Positions 1 to 14,688 of a stretch of DNA of 64,000 bases are shown here, in pieces. This DNA comes from Octopus sinensis (taxonomy: Eukaryota). The stretch covers positions 102,610,001-102,674,000 of the forward strand of contig NC_043001.1 in the NCBI RefSeq assembly GCF_006345805.1, given 5' to 3'. The position numbers and the translations under genes are program-made. Each line of letters begins with the position of its first letter. The first letter of the stretch is position 1. The notes under the pieces are model-generated. The model saw nothing but the letters and a program-made list of their open reading frames with translations. It was not told the DNA's origin and searched no databases.

Positions 1-55
1 TAACCAGTATTAATCTTTACAGTTACTTGTTAAATCCCAATTTGAATTTATTAAA

Positions 56-178
56 TCAAGCCTTTGACATGACAGCTGTGCTCATAACAGCCATCACTAA
101 AGAAAAGGGTGTTGGGTTTGCTCTGGAGACTGGTTCAGGCACTTCAAAAGTTACAACAAATTCAGAAGGTACTGCTTC
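56..178 (-). CDS. Candidate terminal exon (EAVPSEFVVTFEVPEPVSRANPTPFSLVMAVMSTAVMSKA*)
   Basis: Acceptor gtgtccctttggatag|GAA, 40 open codons then TGA, locally higher GC than the flanks. Phase 0 is compatible with the 16563 donor, but linkage is unproven. Confidence 0.3.
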   Translation of the reverse strand, partial: EAVPSEFVVTFEVPEPVSRANPTPFSLVMAVMSTAVMSKA

Positions 179-3075
179 CTATCCAAAGGGACACAAATTT
201 ACTTCAATTCAAAAGCATCTTATATTACTAAATGTCGAGATATTAAATGATATTCAATCATTCTAGTTGATGTACAACAATATACTATTAATTCGCTATT
301 CAATGCAATATGACGCCTTTCTAAGACAATCGCTGCATAAACAATGAAACTGAAGGGCTATTCAATAATTTACAAATTTCTATTAAAATCCTAAAAGAGT
401 CAATTACCATTTTGGTGTATTCTATACAATAGTGGAATAAATGGCCACATACTACACCATGTGAAGAAAGTTAAGTATACAACAGTACAATGTTTGATTA
501 CATACAACTATATAGTGACTTTTTATGATGCTAATCAATATGTAACGAAGAACGAAGTATGTTTAGCTTTTAACTATTGCTAAACTAAACCCATTTTATA
601 GGCCCAGTAGAATTATAGAAAATGAACTACTAGTGTGTGTGTGTGTGTGCACGTGTATGTGTGTGTCTGTGTGTGTCTATATGCGCGTGTGTGTGTGTGC
701 GCGCACGCGCATATAGACAGGTAATAGAGGCAGAAAGGTAATGTATATGCATACAGAGAGATCGTGAAGACATTCATTGATCTGTGGGAGTGCCTGTCAG
801 CATACTAACTCATCCATGTATATCTGTATGCAGGCCATCGACACCAAGTTATGAAATGTTTACAGAATACGAATGTGTGTATGCGTGTGCACACACACAC
901 ACATACGGAGTACTAAAGATAAAAAGATACATACACAGATAGGTAGAGACAAAGAGACAGACCGATAGAGATATAAGTTGAAAGAAGCGTCAGTAGGAGA
1001 GGGCAAATAGAGAAAAAGAGAGACTTAAAGATATGAAGTAGAACCAACAGATTAACAACTGCTCGGAGATGCAAAATGTTATATGGAGTATATTAGAGCT
1101 GTGAAAAAAGGAGAGAGAGGGAACAAAAATATAAACAGAAAAAAAAAATTATGAAAAGTTATTGGAAGGATGAGGTGGGTGAAGTATCAAATATAAAGCT
1201 TATCACAGGATATTAGATGGCAACTACTTATATTTCCCAAAATATAAAGAGCTATTCTGCTCATCATCATAGCCATGAGTCCAAATGTAAAGTGAGAACA
1301 TTACTGATGGCAACTGGGTAAGGTGTGGGGTAGCAGCAGACATACATAAAAGCTAAGTGTCAGGAGTTACACAGTGCTTATTAAATTGATTCCTGTCTCA
1401 GATGGAGATTGCATGGAATCTTGCTTAAATGTAGCAGCACTAATGATTTTCGAAAAAGTTCATTGTAAATTCCTGAAGAAATCTTGGAAATATTCTTAGA
1501 TAGTGTGACGGATGGGTGGATAAGAAAAAAAAAATATGTTCAAAGATGGTTTAATATGGTCTCTACTATAGCATCAGAAAGTCAGTCTTCTTCCCAGACA
1601 GTACGTGTTAATAGCTCCCATTTGTCTGTCTTCCAAGATAAATGTATGCAATGCCATAACACAAAACATGGGCCCATTATTACGGAGACGTTCAGATGTC
1701 TGAGTGTCAGAATTCCCTTCTCCAATGCTCAGTGAAAAAGTTCAAGGCACAACAACACAGCTGGCACCAGCTTGTCTAGAAAGCAAGTAGCATTAAGTAC
1801 AAGCTTGTGTATAATTAAAATGCATGTACGTACACACACATACGTACATGCATGGATACATACACACGCACACACACACACACACACGTGCACCATTTTA
1901 AACAGTTTCACATCAGTTGTTTCGCACAAAGACAGGTAAAATGATTCTTTGCATGAATTGCTGGAATAATGGTTTTACAGCTGAATGCTCTTCGTAATGC
2001 TAACTTTGACAAGTTTTAAACTCAAGACCTCTTGGTCAGTATTCCCGATCACTCACTCTGTGTGTGTGTGTGACAAGAGTTGTTGTGAAGTGGAGAAGCA
2101 AAGAAGTGAGAGAAAGGATGGAAACAGAAAAAGGAAGGATGTGTGTGCATAACTGAGAGAGAGAGTGAGTGAGAGAGAGAGAGAGACAGTGAATAAGTGA
2201 CAGAGAGTGAGAGCAATAAAGAAGAAATTAGAAATGTTAAAATGTAGATATTTAATCCAGCAATGCGAGATATTCTTATTTAGAGAACAAAAAGAATACA
2301 AAGTTATTTAAATCTCAAATAACTTCTGGGGGTTCATTAGTTTCATTTCATTTCAAAAATCAGTTTAAATGATTCAATTTTTAAAGTTATTTTTCCCCCT
2401 CGTCTTCTCCCTCCGTCACTCTTTTCATACGTTTAAACAGTATATCGATATATTTTGTATGGCTGCATTTAATAGAAAAATAAATAAAAAAGACATTTTA
2501 TATCTTAAGTATATTGTTACTTTAATTACCCCATCAATACATAGATTTCAATAGATCACTTAATGCTACTCAATTAGTCTCTGTACATGCACACACGCAC
2601 ACACACTTATGCAGAGCATTAATTAATATTATAAAGTATTATTACATTTTTTATTTATTTTTCCTTCTTTGTATGACTTTACAGAAAAAAACCTGAAATT
2701 ACAGCTCAACTAACACAATCTTTCTTCATGTATAACATGCATTTCTCTCATAATACTCAGACCCATATATTAGGGGTGTCCATTATAAGTAAGGAATGTA
2801 GCCCATATATTCTTAGTCCAGTTATATCTATTACCCAAACTGGTATGTAGCACTAAGCTAAAAATCATTAAATAGTAATTTTTCTATGATAGTCAAAATA
2901 TTATTAAATGTTCTTATCTGCTCAAGGCACAAGGCCTGAAATTTTGGGAGAGGGGGCCAATCAATTAGATCGACCCCTGTACACAACTAATACTTAATTT
3001 ATTGACCCCGAAAGGATGAAAGGCAAAGTCGACCTCGGCGGAATTTGAACTCGGAACATAAAGACAGACAAAATA

Positions 3076-3312
3076 CCTATTTCTTTACTACCCACAAGGG
3101 GCTAAACATGGAGGGGAAAAACAAGGACAGACAAATGAATTAAGTCGATTACATTGACCCCAGTGTGTAACTGGTACTTAATTTATCGACCCCGAAAGGA
3201 TGAAAGGCAAAGTCGACCCCGGCGGAATTTGAACTCAGAACGTAAAGACAGACGAAATACTGCTCAGTATTTTGCCCAGCGTGCTAATGTATCTGCCAGC
3301 TCGCTGCCTTAT
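3076..3312 (-). mobile_element. SINE family A copy, with a partial second copy at about 2920-3075
   Basis: Reverse complement of the 46092-46325 sequence; the tcgaccccgaaaggatgaaaggcaaagtcgac block occurs twice. Confidence 0.85.
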
Positions 3313-4111
3313 AATGTTGAACATAAAAGGCATGCACGTGTCCCACAGCATTTCTGTTGTTAGGTTTCAGTAAAGAAGGATAGAATGTAACACACTGTTT
3401 TGGAAAATATGGCTTAAATTATTTAAAATGAAGATTAAATTAATAACTAATCAATAAAGATAGTACATAGATATCATTACTGAAAAGTGAATATTAACAG
3501 AAAAAAATATTCCTGTCATTCAAATAGTTATATAATTATTATAAGAAACTGTTACTATATATGTTTCTACAGAGAAGTAATATTTAATACTGATATTCAT
3601 ATTGAACTTTTATTGAAATTCATATAGAATTAATATGGGTAATATATAATGCTATCCATATTGATTCTATATATTGATAATATATAGGTGCAGGCATGGC
3701 TGTCTAGTAAGAAGTTTGTTTCCCAACCACATGGTGCCTTCGGCAAATGTCCTCCACTATTGCCTCTACTCAACGAAAGCCTTGTGAGTGGATTTGATAG
3801 ATGGGGACAAAAAAGAAGCCTCACACACACACACACACACACACGTAATACATAATCTAAGGTCTGGGCAGAGCATAAAGATAGGATATTTCCAATGAAG
3901 TACTCAACCCGAGTTCTGGGCTAGCAAAATTCTGGTTTCATGATGGAAAAACTGTTGCGTAGGTTTAGCAAAGAGTAAAATATAAGCCAAATAATAAGAC
4001 AAAAAAAATATCTTAACACATCAACTATTTCTGCACCAGCTCTGCTTGCAACACCAGTTTATGCAAAAATTAGAAGTGGAAGTTTTCGTAATATTTGCAG
4101 TTTTAGATATT

Positions 4112-4547
4112 GGTACTTTCTGGTTATCTCACCCCCATTAAAAAGTTGCCATTAAAAAAATGGGTTATCTCCCCACTAAAAAATTGAGTTTATGTGGTGA
4201 CAAGAGATTAGATTAAAAGGGTTAGATCCTTTTGATTCAATACTTCAACAAATTGTTCACGTTTGGCCTCCTCAATAGGCATGGAATGATTTGTTATAAA
4301 AATGTTATTACGTTCAACAAGTTTTTCCATTTTCATGTTTATTAATCCTTTCAGTTTTGTATGATTTGTTACAAAAATATCAGATTGAGTAAGATGTTTC
4401 ATCTCTTTCACTTTCATTTTTCTATTTTATTGAAGGTTAAACAATTTTCTTTAGTTGAAGGAGATAACCAAAAGTACCGGTATTTCACATAAAATGTGGG
4501 GAGACAACCCAATTTTTTTAATGGGGGTGAGTTAACCAAAAAGTACC
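4112..4547. mobile_element. Non-autonomous DNA transposon, possibly Merlin-like
   Basis: TIRs GGTACTTTCTGGTTATCTCACCCCCATT… / …AATGGGGGTGAGTTAACCAAAAAGTACC with subterminal repeats. Flanks tagatatt / gagacatt match 6/8 (putative 8-bp TSD). Confidence 0.6.
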
Positions 4548-7539
4548 GAGACATTAGAGTGGCACTTCAGCAAATTTGTATGAAAGGTGCATCTTCCGGA
4601 CATTGCTTTTTTTTTTTTTTTTTTGAAGAGGACAAGAATATGATGACAATAAATATGAAAGTAAGAAGAAGAAGAGAAAAGGAGAAAGGAAGAAAAAGCA
4701 AGAGAGCAAATCCAAATATCTGGACAAAAGATAGGGGTAAATTTTCAGAATGGCCAGTATGTAGACACTGGCATCAAATTTCATTCAATGGGGGAAGAAC
4801 TGTTTCAGTGTACCATTAGCAGCATCATTAAACAGACAAAAGGGAAAGAGGGGGGGGGGAATTGAAATCAATAACAACAAAAATTGCAACAATGCTAATA
4901 GTGAGAAGAGAGTGATGAGAAGGAAATAAAGATAAAGATAAAAATACTGATATTTGTGATAAGAGAAGTAGGGGAAGTGATGTGGGTGGTGGGAGATAAA
5001 CAATAAACCACCTGACAGGTAGCAGAAGTATTCTGGTGATATTAGAGTGGGACATGTAGAGACAGAAACAGGGAAAGAAAAAAATTTAAAAAGAGGTGGG
5101 GGGGTCAATGTGGGTGGGTGTGTCCTAGAGAGTTAAAGTAGAAACCTACAATTTAGAATTCAACTGAAAAGTGTAACAATTCTTCACCCACCAAATGAAA
5201 TGTGACACTAATGCCTACATATTTACTGGCCATTCTGAAAATGTACCCTTATCTCTGATCTTTTGTTTTCTTTTCTCCTTCTTCCTTCTCACTTTCATAT
5301 TCATTGTCACCATGTCCTTGTCCTTTTTCATTGTCTTCTTCTTCTTCTTCATCCTTTTCTTCTTCTTGCTTCCTTGCTCTCTGCACTAATTATTCATTCC
5401 TTAATCATACTTTTATTGACTTTTTGTTTCTTCTCAAGATAAGCAAAAAAACAATGTCTGGAAGACACACAATGTAAGAGCATACCTTTGATTAAGTGCT
5501 GTTCTCATGTTTAAAATCACAACCATTACATAAATTTACACTTTTAATTTTTGCATAAAATGGCATTGCAAGCAGTGCTGGTACAGAAACAATTGTAACT
5601 GATCGTTAATGATGTGTTAAAATATTTCTTTGTCAACTGTAATTATTATAATGAACCATCACTACATACATTTGCATTGAAAGAACAAAAATATTTGATG
5701 ATGAAAGTATTTAAACAGAAGCATAATAACAGAGTTTACATTCTGTGTTATATCTTTAGCATTTGTTTGTACAGGTCAACTTTTCACAGGGTACACCTTC
5801 ATAATCTACATTGGTGAAGTTCAAATGACACATTTAAACTTCATTTTTTGTTTAAAGATATGAAAACTTTTACAATACGTTTTAGATAGCAATTATAATA
5901 AATCTAACTAAACGTTGTCTTTTTCTCTAGCATATAATAGTAAGAAAAAAAAACTGTGCAATACGCACAAGAGATATTCCAAAGATTAATAGCTCATAAT
6001 TAGCAGTGCACACTACACATAAGTGAAATTATATACCAATAAATACAGTATTATCTTTGTGAACAAGAAAGGCGTCAACATAACTATAACAAAAAGAAAA
6101 ACAAAAGTAAACTTCTTGTTAAAAGTCAGAAAACTGTAACATATACTGATTACAAGGTAAATGACTCATCTGGGTTTTTTTTATCTACATATTGGAAAGA
6201 GTTGGAAATGTAAAGTTTGATGATAAATTTATAAAACTAGTTTCATTTCTTTCCTGCATCCTTCCATCCTCCTTACCTTTCCTTTTAAGAAATTCTGTAG
6301 AGGGAGGTCGCTTTTCAGATGGTTTAGAATTTAATTCATATCATCTTATGCAAACACAATATTTGCAAGATTTTAAATTCTGCCCTAATTTATTCATTAA
6401 AGTGTTATCTGCTAGTTTACTAGGTATGGGGGAAATACTATATGACTAAAGAATAAAATGTTTCGAATAGTACAACAATGCACTATAATACAAAAAATGG
6501 GCAATATAGCTCATTGTTTGTATTATAGTGCGTTGTTGTGCCTTTCGAAACATTTTATTCTTTGTTTACAAACAATACACAATGCTTCAAGTGAACTACG
6601 ATACTATATGTCTAGTTGTTAATTAAAAAAAAAATTGTTTGAGCAAACCGAATTATGTGGTTAACCAAGACTAACATAAAAACTAGAATTACTATTATTT
6701 AATAACTGGTTGATCTCGCAAGTGAGGCCTCATATCAGTGAGAGAGACCAGTGCACATTGATGCTGTCAGGAGGCAGGTCCTGAAACAGTACACATTCTC
6801 TCCTGATGAGCCCATACAATTACTGGCTTCCGATATGCGGAGTTCTCGACTGTAGCACTTGCATGTGCAAGTTGTTTGCAAAGCATCTAAGTTCACTATT
6901 TCACTTCATTATAATTCAATGCTGAACAGCTAAATTAATTCTAAACTTTAATTTTGGCTGACCAACAGAGTAGCACCAGATTGTATTGATTGTTGCAGCA
7001 AGCATAACAGGGTTATTCCTTGTATAGAAAAGATAAACCACATACCAGAAGACATTCTGTCCCAGAGCAGTCCTAATGAAGAAGTTAATATGCAACAGTT
7101 CTAAATATAAGAATATAGTTAACAAAAAAACTGTTTTCTTACAAAATAAATATCATTGCTCATTTGAGGCTGTTCATCTGCCAGACTCTGTGTAATAAAA
7201 TTATATTGCAGAACCACCCTTTTCATGGAGATGCTTTTTGATAAGCGAAAACCAAAGTGAAATTTAACAGGAATTTCTAAAATGCAGACAGCAGTCTTTG
7301 TTGCCTAACCTAGGTCATAAATGTAAATTTTACCAAATTTCTGCAGTCTTATTTGAAACTCAGATCAAGCATCGTGTTTGAAAGATGGGGTGGGGAGAGA
7401 TATGGCAACAACAATAACCACAATCAGAAGATTGGAGCTACAAAGGCAAAAAGAGATATTGAGTAGATAAAAGACTGATAGCTAATATCTGAATAATTCT
7501 AAATCAAAGAGAACAAAAATTTCAGATTTGAAGATTTTA

Positions 7540-7572
<33 letters not shown>

Positions 7573-8539
7573 ATATACACACACACACAGAGAAAGAGAT
7601 GTGTGTGTGTGTGTATACATACAGACATATATACATCTATACAAATGTGTGTATGCGAGGGAGAGGGTTGGAGGAAGGTAGGGAGAGAGAGATCAGTCAG
7701 TTACTTCTCTTGTGCAAATATTGTTTCAGTAGTAAAACCAAAATTTACAGTAATTGGTATATTCCAAGAAAAAGTATTGTAAATAGATTAATAGTTCTGT
7801 TCTTAAACAAAAAATAATTCCTATTTTAATTCACATCATTTACCATTTATTTACTTATTTCAATAATGGAAACATTGGAATACACATCAATGGGTGACAA
7901 AGTGAAAAGAACAGAAGCTGCTTCAAGTTTAAAATGTCAAAACAATAACTGATGAAATATTGGTTTCAAATTTTAGCACAAGGCCAGCAAGTTTGAAGAA
8001 GAAGGTAAACCAATTCCATCAACACAGTGCTGGTACTTATTGTATCAACTCCAAATGATGAAAGGCAAAGTGAACCTTGGCAGAAATTGGACTGAGAATG
8101 TAAGCACAAATGAAATGCTGCCAAAAGCATTTTGACCAGCATGCTAATGATTCTGCTACATTACAGGGACATAAACACACCAACACCAGTTGTTAAGTGG
8201 TGATGGGGGACAAACGCAGACACTAAGACATATTTTTTTTCTCTCTCTAGTTTCAGCTCAGAACTGCGGCCATACTGATGCACCGCCGTTTTTCTACACT
8301 GTTATTACAGAGAGCCTCCTCCAATATGTGGCGCTTGGTGAAGAATGGAGTTTGATGTAGCTACCCTCATTTGTACCTCTTGCCTTGAGGTAGGTTCATC
8401 TGGGACTCTCGACAAGAAGGGGTCTAGCTTTGATTTAAAAACCCCTACATCTACTTTGTGCAGGTTCCTCAGGATCTTTGGGTAGGTTCCTCAGGATCTT
8501 TGGGTGAATATTAAATTTTAAAAATGTCTCCTTCTTGAG

Positions 8540-8762
8540 CCAAGCCACGCTCCTGAAGGCCAGTTTCGTGGTTTCTGTGGCGCATATATTCCCCTGCCTG
8601 GATGGGACACCGGTCCATCACAGGATTACTCACTTTTGCCAGCTGAGTGGACTGGAGCAACATGAAATGAAGTGTTTTGCACAAGAACACAATGTGTCGC
8701 CTGGTCCAGCAATTGAAATCCCAATCTTACGATGATGAGTCCAACACCCTAACCACTAAGCC
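8540..8762 (-). mobile_element. tRNA-derived SINE family D (V-domain-like cctgtgatggaccggtgtcccatccagg)
   Basis: Minus strand begins cttagtggttagggtgttggactc…atttcaattgc (A/B-box-like). A related head occurs at about 49075-49230(+). Confidence 0.6.
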
Positions 8763-8868
8763 TCTACACATATATACAATACCCTCATATATATATGAGG
8801 GTATTGTAGTTCGCTGGAAGCATTGTGTATTGTTTGTGAAACATAACGTGTCTTGAATGGCACATCAA

Positions 8869-9077
8869 TGCAGAGTTAATTAACTCCCTAGTGGTTGCGA
8901 AATCGGCCTGGCCCAGGCATAGAATTATTCGTAGCCTGATATAACATTTTGGAATATAAAAACTTCTTCTTCAGATATTGCAATTTTTATATTCTGAAAT
9001 TTTATAGTAAACTATGAATAATTCTATGCTTGGACCAGGCCAAGTTCGCAACTGATAGGGAGTTAATCCACTCTGCA
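8869..9077. mobile_element. Palindromic MITE with about 66-bp inverted arms
   Basis: tgcagagt..ttaactcccta..gttgcga..ggcctgg.cca.gcatagaattattc.tag occurs at both ends in inverted orientation. TTAA lies within each arm. Superfamily unassigned. Confidence 0.7.
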
Positions 9078-11209
9078 CTGTTTTACCATTCGAGACATGT
9101 TATATGTCATATATATATATAAATTTTGCTGCTGCTGTGATTGACCAAGCCTACAAAAAGAGATGTTCCAGTCATGGCTATCACTTGTTAAGGTTATCTA
9201 GGGCTACACAATCATTACTTGATCGAGAAATGGGATATGATTCAAATGACATTTACATGAAGTTTGTAGTAGGCGAAGTGGCTACACAGAATCTTCCTTG
9301 ATGGATCATAGACACTATAGTTATCACATATGGTCCTAAGTTCTAAACTGGAATTTAAGAATAACCTTTTATTTGGTCAAGCTTACACAGATGAGGTACA
9401 CTTCTTTAGAACCATTCTTATTCATTATCACTGTGCTTCTCTATTTAGTGTAGATGACCTATGGGCAACCTGTAGGACTCAGGGGTAAGTGACTCTTTGA
9501 AACATTTTGCAATGTGGTAATTCTATAAAATATAGTGTGATGATTAAATAAACATAATATCTCTCTCTCTTTCTCTCTCTTTATTTATCTATCTATCTTC
9601 CTTTCTTTCTAACTCAATCTCTCCTTCCTCTCCTTTCTTTTGCTAGTGGGGCAGCCAAGCATCTCCTCTATAATAAGACACCTTGTCTTGCAAGTTACAT
9701 GACAACCCTGCCGGTGTTACAAAAACAAAAAAGCACCTGATACACTCGGTAAAGTGGTTGGTGTTAGGAAGGGCATCCAGCTATAGAACCCATGCCAAGG
9801 CAAACAAGGGAAACTGGCGCAACCTTCTGGCTTGCCAGCTCTTGTAAAACCATCCAACCCAGCATGTCTTCCATGTCAACATGGAAGACACATGTTATTG
9901 GGTGGTGATGATGATGACAACAAATGTGTGACTAAAATTCTGTAAAATAATCTTTAATTCCAACTGTGAATTTGAAGAATTTTTTTTCTTTTCCACATCT
10001 CTTATCCTTGATCAAGTTTTTATAATTTATTTAATGTAATATGGTGTATATGTAAAACATATCACATTTGTTAGATTATTATTTTAGCTATGTGGTCTGA
10101 CTTACGCTGAGCCAATTTCATAAGGCCTGCCACACTGACTTTGGATCTTTAAAGTTCACTTAACATTAATCTAGTACAATTTTCATTTAAATCCTCCTAT
10201 TCTAAAGACTGAAGTTTTGGTGTTCTTGTTTTGCTGTGCATGTAGTTTATTGCAGCAATATGTCAACCTTGAGATAATTTGGATGTTTAAAAAAGTTGAT
10301 CATAGTTTAGATGAAGTATGATGTGATTGTTGTTGAGAGTGAAGAAGCTCAGTAGAGAGAGAGAGGGTGCTTTGCTTATTGCTTGTACTGTAGTTTTGTA
10401 GCACTTGTTTGATAGGAAAAGGGTGTGAACTCAAACTGGAGATATAAACATATTATCAACTTGGTAACTGCAAAAATTCCCTGGTCGAAAAATATAAAGT
10501 ACTATCTTCAAATCCAGTCAGCAAGTTATATTTAAATAAACAATAATGCAAGCAATAATAGAAAAACATAATTTTCTCTATAAATATTTTAAACAATAAA
10601 AATTACATGTAATGCTAAAAATGAAAAGAAAACTAAATCTAAAATGAAATTTCCTTTTAAGTATAAAAGAATGTTATTTATGCAGTGTAACACTTGAGGT
10701 TATTTTGATGTTTACCAGTTTGTGGTACCATTCATTATTTGAATGAGATGTGTGGTGGCACTGTGTGTAATCTTTATATTGCAGTCTTACAAAGTTCACT
10801 GCATGAATATTACATTTGGTAGAACTCTACAGCCATTGCAGAGTGTGGTACCATTCATTGAAGCCTGATTGTTCAATCAACAAAGGACAAGATGTTGCAT
10901 TGTTTTTCACTGATATTGATGATTATAACAGCTTCTTCTTAAAATTAAAAAAGAAAATAACAAACAGCATGGCATATATGAGATATCTGATGGTAGTTTT
11001 AGAGCAGAGTGAAAGCTTTACAAATTTAATTTTGTTTTGCTTTGTTCATCCTTTTTTATGAGAATTCTATTCTAGAATAAAGGAATGTACTTGGATGGAT
11101 TCTAACATCTGACTGTATTGTCACTAGGCAGCTGGCGATCAGCTCAGATGGATTAAATGCGAAATGAACTTAAAGTTAAAAGAACAACACTAAGGACAAG
11201 CTTCTATGA

Positions 11210-11242
<33 letters not shown>

Positions 11243-12894
11243 TGCACTCATTCACTTGCTTGCAGACACAGACTAAAAAGAAAAGCAGAAAAACTGATAA
11301 GACAAAGCAGTTGATATATTTGCACTTTATGACCACAAAATGGAAATTGATCTTTGCTTGAATTAAACAGATCAATTGTCTTACAAAACATTGCATGTTT
11401 TTCTCTCATTGTAAGGTCGAATGCTTCAATCAACAATAGGAACTATCAATAATAAACCCTTTGTGATATCAAGCAAGGTGCGTAGATGCTTTTATTCTGA
11501 CCAATATTAAAAACACATAAAGTACTAAGCTTCAGTTGTGTTTCCATAAATATTACTTACGTCTGTCAACTCATTCGCAATTTATATTAATGGGGTGCAG
11601 CCATAAATTATACAAATATATTTACAAGTCTGGGTCACAGTAAAAAAAGATGTACTTCCATTTAAAAAAAAACAATGGTGTTATTTATTAATAATACAGA
11701 CATATTCGATTATCAATGACAAAGACGGTAAAAGCAAGATGAAGGATAAGAATTAAAGAGGTTCGATCCCAATTAATATGATGGAAATTACTTTACTTGT
11801 TTCATTCTATGTTTTTCAGTTTGTATCTTAATAGCTTTACATCTATTTATCTATTGATGCTGGCAGAAGTTAAACAATCTTGCAGATATGAATGTGGATT
11901 TATGTACGAGTTACAATTCCAAAACACTTAAAACTGGTGTGTAGGTTCTCAGGAAAAAACATTGAAACAAAAATACAATGTGTTGGCTGGGAGTATTGTG
12001 TTACGCTTGTAGCATCCTTTGATCATTTCATGCATTCATCACAAAAAAATTACTTAATATGAAATATGTAATAGAAGCACGTAGAAAAAAATTCAAAAAG
12101 TAAAAACAAAGAACAAAACAAGAACATCTTAACTATGGATAAGATCAATAGATCACATTTTGAAAGAAAAACTTGCTGAGTGATTTTCAAGTAACATTTC
12201 TTAAGATCAGAACTTAGCACAGCTGTTGCTTTGTGTGTGCAGACAGAAAATATTATCCCACTACATTTAGCTAACATGGAGTAACACCTTCAGCAAGTGT
12301 CTCCTACAACAAAAGCTTCAGTCCAACCAAAGACTTATGAACAGATTTCATAGATGGAAACTGAAAGCCCAATGTATGTGTGTGTGTGTGCATGTGTGTC
12401 CCCATGTCCCAAAAGGATGAAAGGCAAGGTCAGGATACAAAAACGGATGGAAAGTCAGAAAGCATTTTGTCTGGTGTGCTAACAATTCTGCTCACCACAG
12501 CTCCAGAAAATACCTAGTTTAGTACAGCTCAAGAAAACAGTGTTATTAGGGACAACTAGAATACTTAGGTAGGTTCTTGGCATCTAAGGTTACTTGTTGC
12601 AGCTCAATGTTAGAAATTTTTCTTTTCCAACAGTTGTATCTGTTGAGCATATATGATATGCATGAAATAATAATAATAATATTAGCAAAAAAAAAGAAGA
12701 GTGCCATTGTTATTAAGTGAACAATATTTCGGCATCTAGTGTGCCTTCCACATGCTCAAGAAATAAACTTGTCAATCTACTTCATTTTTGGTAATATTTT
12801 ATAGGATTGAGGTAACTCCTCCAGTAGGTATACAGAAGCAAATAATAATATGCTTTCTAATTGACCCATCATGCCTGTTTTTGCTTACTGATCA

Positions 12895-13230
12895 ACCTAT
12901 TATGCCTGTTTGATTCCAGGATCGTAAAGAAAGAGGATGAAAAATAAAAAAAAGTACAATTCCTTAAAATTTGAAATAGGAAGAATTTGGAGTATGAAAA
13001 CTCTGAAGGTTATGCCTATAATAATTGGTGCATAGGGAACAGTAAAGAAAGATATAGACAAATGGCTGAAGGAGATTGGAATAGAATGCTCTGTAGAGCT
13101 CCTACAGAATGTTTGTCTCTTAGGGAAAGCAAGGATTATCAGGAGAGTCCTAAGCACTTTAATGTCTACTGAAAATTTGTGGATACCTAAGGTTACAGGT
13201 AGTAACCAGCTACCCACATGAATTGTACCA
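12895..13230 (+). mobile_element. 3' fragment of an RLE-type non-LTR retrotransposon (R4/Dong-like)
   Basis: Plus frame reads CLFDSRIVKKEDEK…FEIGRIWSMKTLKVMPIIIGA*GTV…LQNVCLLGKARIIRRVLS, the C-terminal restriction-like endonuclease pattern. Confidence 0.8.
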
Positions 13231-14313
13231 AGAATAAAACCAAACTTAAGTCAAACCAAATAATAAATATTCTAAACATAAATACAGTCATATGCAAGTT
13301 CATACATGACCCGTCTCAACTAAACAATTCATTAACCACACACTGGGTGTATATCCAATTAGGACATCAATATTCACTCACTCCTACCTATATATATAAC
13401 TAACAACATAAAAATGCTATAAAAACCTATTGATAAAGTTAATCACTGTTTAGTTCGTTTATTCCCTCACTAATATTAACAACATCAAGACAACAAAGCA
13501 GACTGCAAGTCAATCATGACAGAATGTCCAGTCATGTTAATCCTCATTCTGTTCTATCTTTACATCAACATAAATATCAAATTGACTTTGTTTTTAAAGG
13601 ATTGATCAGACAATTCTTCCATCCCTCAAAACAATCAAAACTCAATTCAACCCATCCCTCTATTTTTTATTTTTTTTATTTTCTTAACTAAAAAAACTAA
13701 TGATACCTTTTCCATTAGACAAACAAACTGCAAGGTAAACTGTTCAGCCATCTATCTAAAGGTTTTTCACTTATTTAAGTGTGTGTGTGCGCATGCATGT
13801 ATGTTAACTACTTATTTTTTTCTTTTCTTTTTATTGTTTTAATTCTATTTTCTATAATATCTGTTTGCTATTTCATACATCTTTTGAACAGCTGCTTTCC
13901 CTTTCCCACTGTTAGCTACTCAACCATGAAGTAGGAGCAGTACCTACTTTTGATCCCTCAGGAAAACAGAGTTGTATACAATGCTGAAAGGATCAACAGA
14001 GTGTAAAGATCTGAACATGTGCCCAGGTAGTCATTCCGAACATGTAACCATGCAGCCATTGTACTTAATATGAGTGCACATACGCATGCTTGTGCGCATG
14101 CATGAGCTCCTATATTAACACTTAGCTAGCTAGAAATAGTACCCAAGTCTCCAATCAAAACAGGAAGAACACTTGGACAAAGTTGTGATAGATTCTCCTT
14201 GCTCCAGCATGGCAATAGCCTTAGGGCTGAAACAGTAAAAGGTTAAAAGAATAAAGAGGATATTCACAGTCCAAACACTTTTGAACTTAAGACTGTTGAA
14301 ACTTGGGGTTAAA

Positions 14314-14345
<32 letters not shown>

Positions 14346-14471
14346 TTATTCATTAATAAGTTTGGAGAGTGATATTTAGGGTCTTGTCACACCTCCCAAT
14401 ACAGGGATAACTGGGTGAAGTTAATGTGACTGATTGTGGGTAGAGAGAGCCTATAGAAGAAGGGTTTACTA

Positions 14472-14688
14472 TAATCCTTTAGCATTCAGATTACTCTGTC
14501 GAATGTAATGCCTATTTATTCACAATGCTTTCAGTTATCCTCATAGTTTGAGACTCTGATGATGTGATCGTTTATTTTTTTTAAACGGCATTGTAGGAGA
14601 CATGTAAGAGGCCAGATCTGGCCAGTTCAAACATAAACAGATGGAATATTTGGACCAGACATGACTGGTTTCAATGCTAAAAGGATAA
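14472..14688. mobile_element. piggyBac-like MITE (same family)
   Basis: taatcctttagcattcagattactctgtc…aatgctaaaaggataa. Confidence 0.7.

Noticed and set aside
27-266. 79-aa plus-strand ORF
   Set aside because: No recognisable protein; better explained as the antisense shadow of the candidate minus-strand exon 178-56.
6916-7125. Open frames on both strands (plus: VAPDCIDCCSKHNRVIPCIEK…; minus: 55-nt AG/GT-bounded candidate at about 7045-7099)
   Set aside because: Mutually exclusive readings with no homology evidence; cannot be resolved without transcripts.
8462-8505. Short perfect tandem duplications (22 bp x2 here; 32 bp x2 at about 25243-25305)
   Set aside because: Ordinary slippage duplications with no further structure.
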